Shown here piece by piece: positions 63,033 to 64,000 of a stretch of 64,000 nucleotides of DNA. Origin of the DNA: Octopus vulgaris (lineage: Eukaryota); NCBI GenBank assembly GCA_951406725.2, contig OX597823.1:63612001-63676000 (forward strand). Direction: 5' to 3'. Made by a program: the position numbers and the translations under genes. The notes under the pieces were generated by a model, which searched no databases, was not told the DNA's origin, and saw only the letters and a list, made by a program, of their open reading frames with translations. Position 1 is the first letter of the stretch; each line of letters begins with the position of its first letter.

Positions 63033-63400
63033 ACTAGCAGTATCGCCCGGCGTTGCTCAGGTTTGTAAGGGAAATAACTATAAAGCATTTTTAGAGAGTT
63101 ATAGCCAAAAAATAGCAAAAAAATGGAAAAAAATGATGGTAAATTTTTTTTTAGTTAAAAAAGGTGGAGTTGCGTCCCCTAGACAGTTTGCGGTTTGTGT
63201 TTCTGATTCTCGACCCCATGTCGAATTTATCGATTTTTTCAGAACTGGGGGAACTTTTCAAAATTTTCGCTGCGTTAGTTTTGAATTATGACATTGGGCT
63301 ATGTGTGTGTCAAGTTTCATCAGAATCGGTTGAAAGCCGTGGTCAGGGTGAGGGTACAAGCAAACAGACACACAGAAACACGCACACACAAGCAATTTAT
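63033..63400 (-). mobile_element. Non-autonomous Helitron-like element
   Basis: On the minus strand a GC hairpin (cctgagcaacgccggg) precedes a CTAG-t terminus at 63037-63033. Internal aagtttcatcagaatcggttg motif and (CAGA/CA) microsatellite as in DINE/Lep1-type elements. Confidence 0.6.
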
Positions 63401-64000
63401 CATCACATATAAACAATATTTAGTTGTAATCGCGAAGTACTGGGACAGAGTTTCAAACTCGAAACTTTTTCGCAGAAATAGAAGCTCATATATCTTTGCT
63501 TACCGAATAAACATGCTTCAATGTAAACACTCAGATATAATATTCATCCTCACTTAAACGTGGATTTTCTCTTAGAACAAACTATACTGTTGGCTTTTGG
63601 TGCAAAATGCATTCTAGTTTAGACCGCTAGCGAGGAGATAAATCTGCCGTCACCTTCAACGCTGAGACCATCAGTTCACATGATTTCGACATTCTTTGGT
63701 CTTGTCAGATCACATGATTGTGATCGTCAGACCATCAGATCACATGATTTCGACTTTCTTTGGTCTTGTCAAAGATGGACACTCGACCGCTAAAGATAGC
63801 AGCAATTCATCTCCTCGCCAGCAATATATAGAATGACAGTGACAGAATAGGCGCTGGTATCGCAATCAGCTAGTGAGCTTGTTAAAATGTAAGCTTATTA
63901 ATAATAATGCTGCCTCTGTTGCTAACAAATATTTTGTAAATTCTCGGTTTTCTACCGCCACCCAGTATTCAAGTCGTACGTAATTCGATCACGTGTCTAA

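Noticed and set aside
63498-63550. Donor-like GTAAGC with nearby ATGs as a possible first exon
   Set aside because: The phase-1 frame has a stop and no ATG, the ATG frames stop early or give the wrong phase, and the context looks transposon-derived.

Overview
AT-rich, microsatellite-dense eukaryotic genomic DNA. The repeat content looks like a cephalopod (octopus-like) genome, which is an inference. Most of the window holds one minus-strand gene, a secreted and probably GPI-anchored Xaa-Pro aminopeptidase (aminopeptidase P, M24B, XPNPEP2-like). I reconstructed 21 coding exons by hand (53483 down to 2319, about 680 aa, all phases compatible, all five metal ligands present, one GC-AG intron). 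The ATG/signal-peptide exon is not resolved. Introns and flanks contain at least four tRNA-derived SINE families, fragments of Penelope-like (GIY-YIG), Tx1/L1, R4/Dong and RTE retroelements, mariner pieces and a Helitron-like element. The most unusual signal is a recurring set of short elements, mostly embedded in (TA)n arrays, that carry hammerhead-ribozyme motifs and often form fold-back inverted repeats. These include a 374-bp-arm palindrome with an intact hammerhead in each arm, and a hammerhead at 453-528 whose three strands are in a non-circularly permuted order. All alignments and folds were done by eye; nearly all ORFs in the supplied track are microsatellite artefacts.
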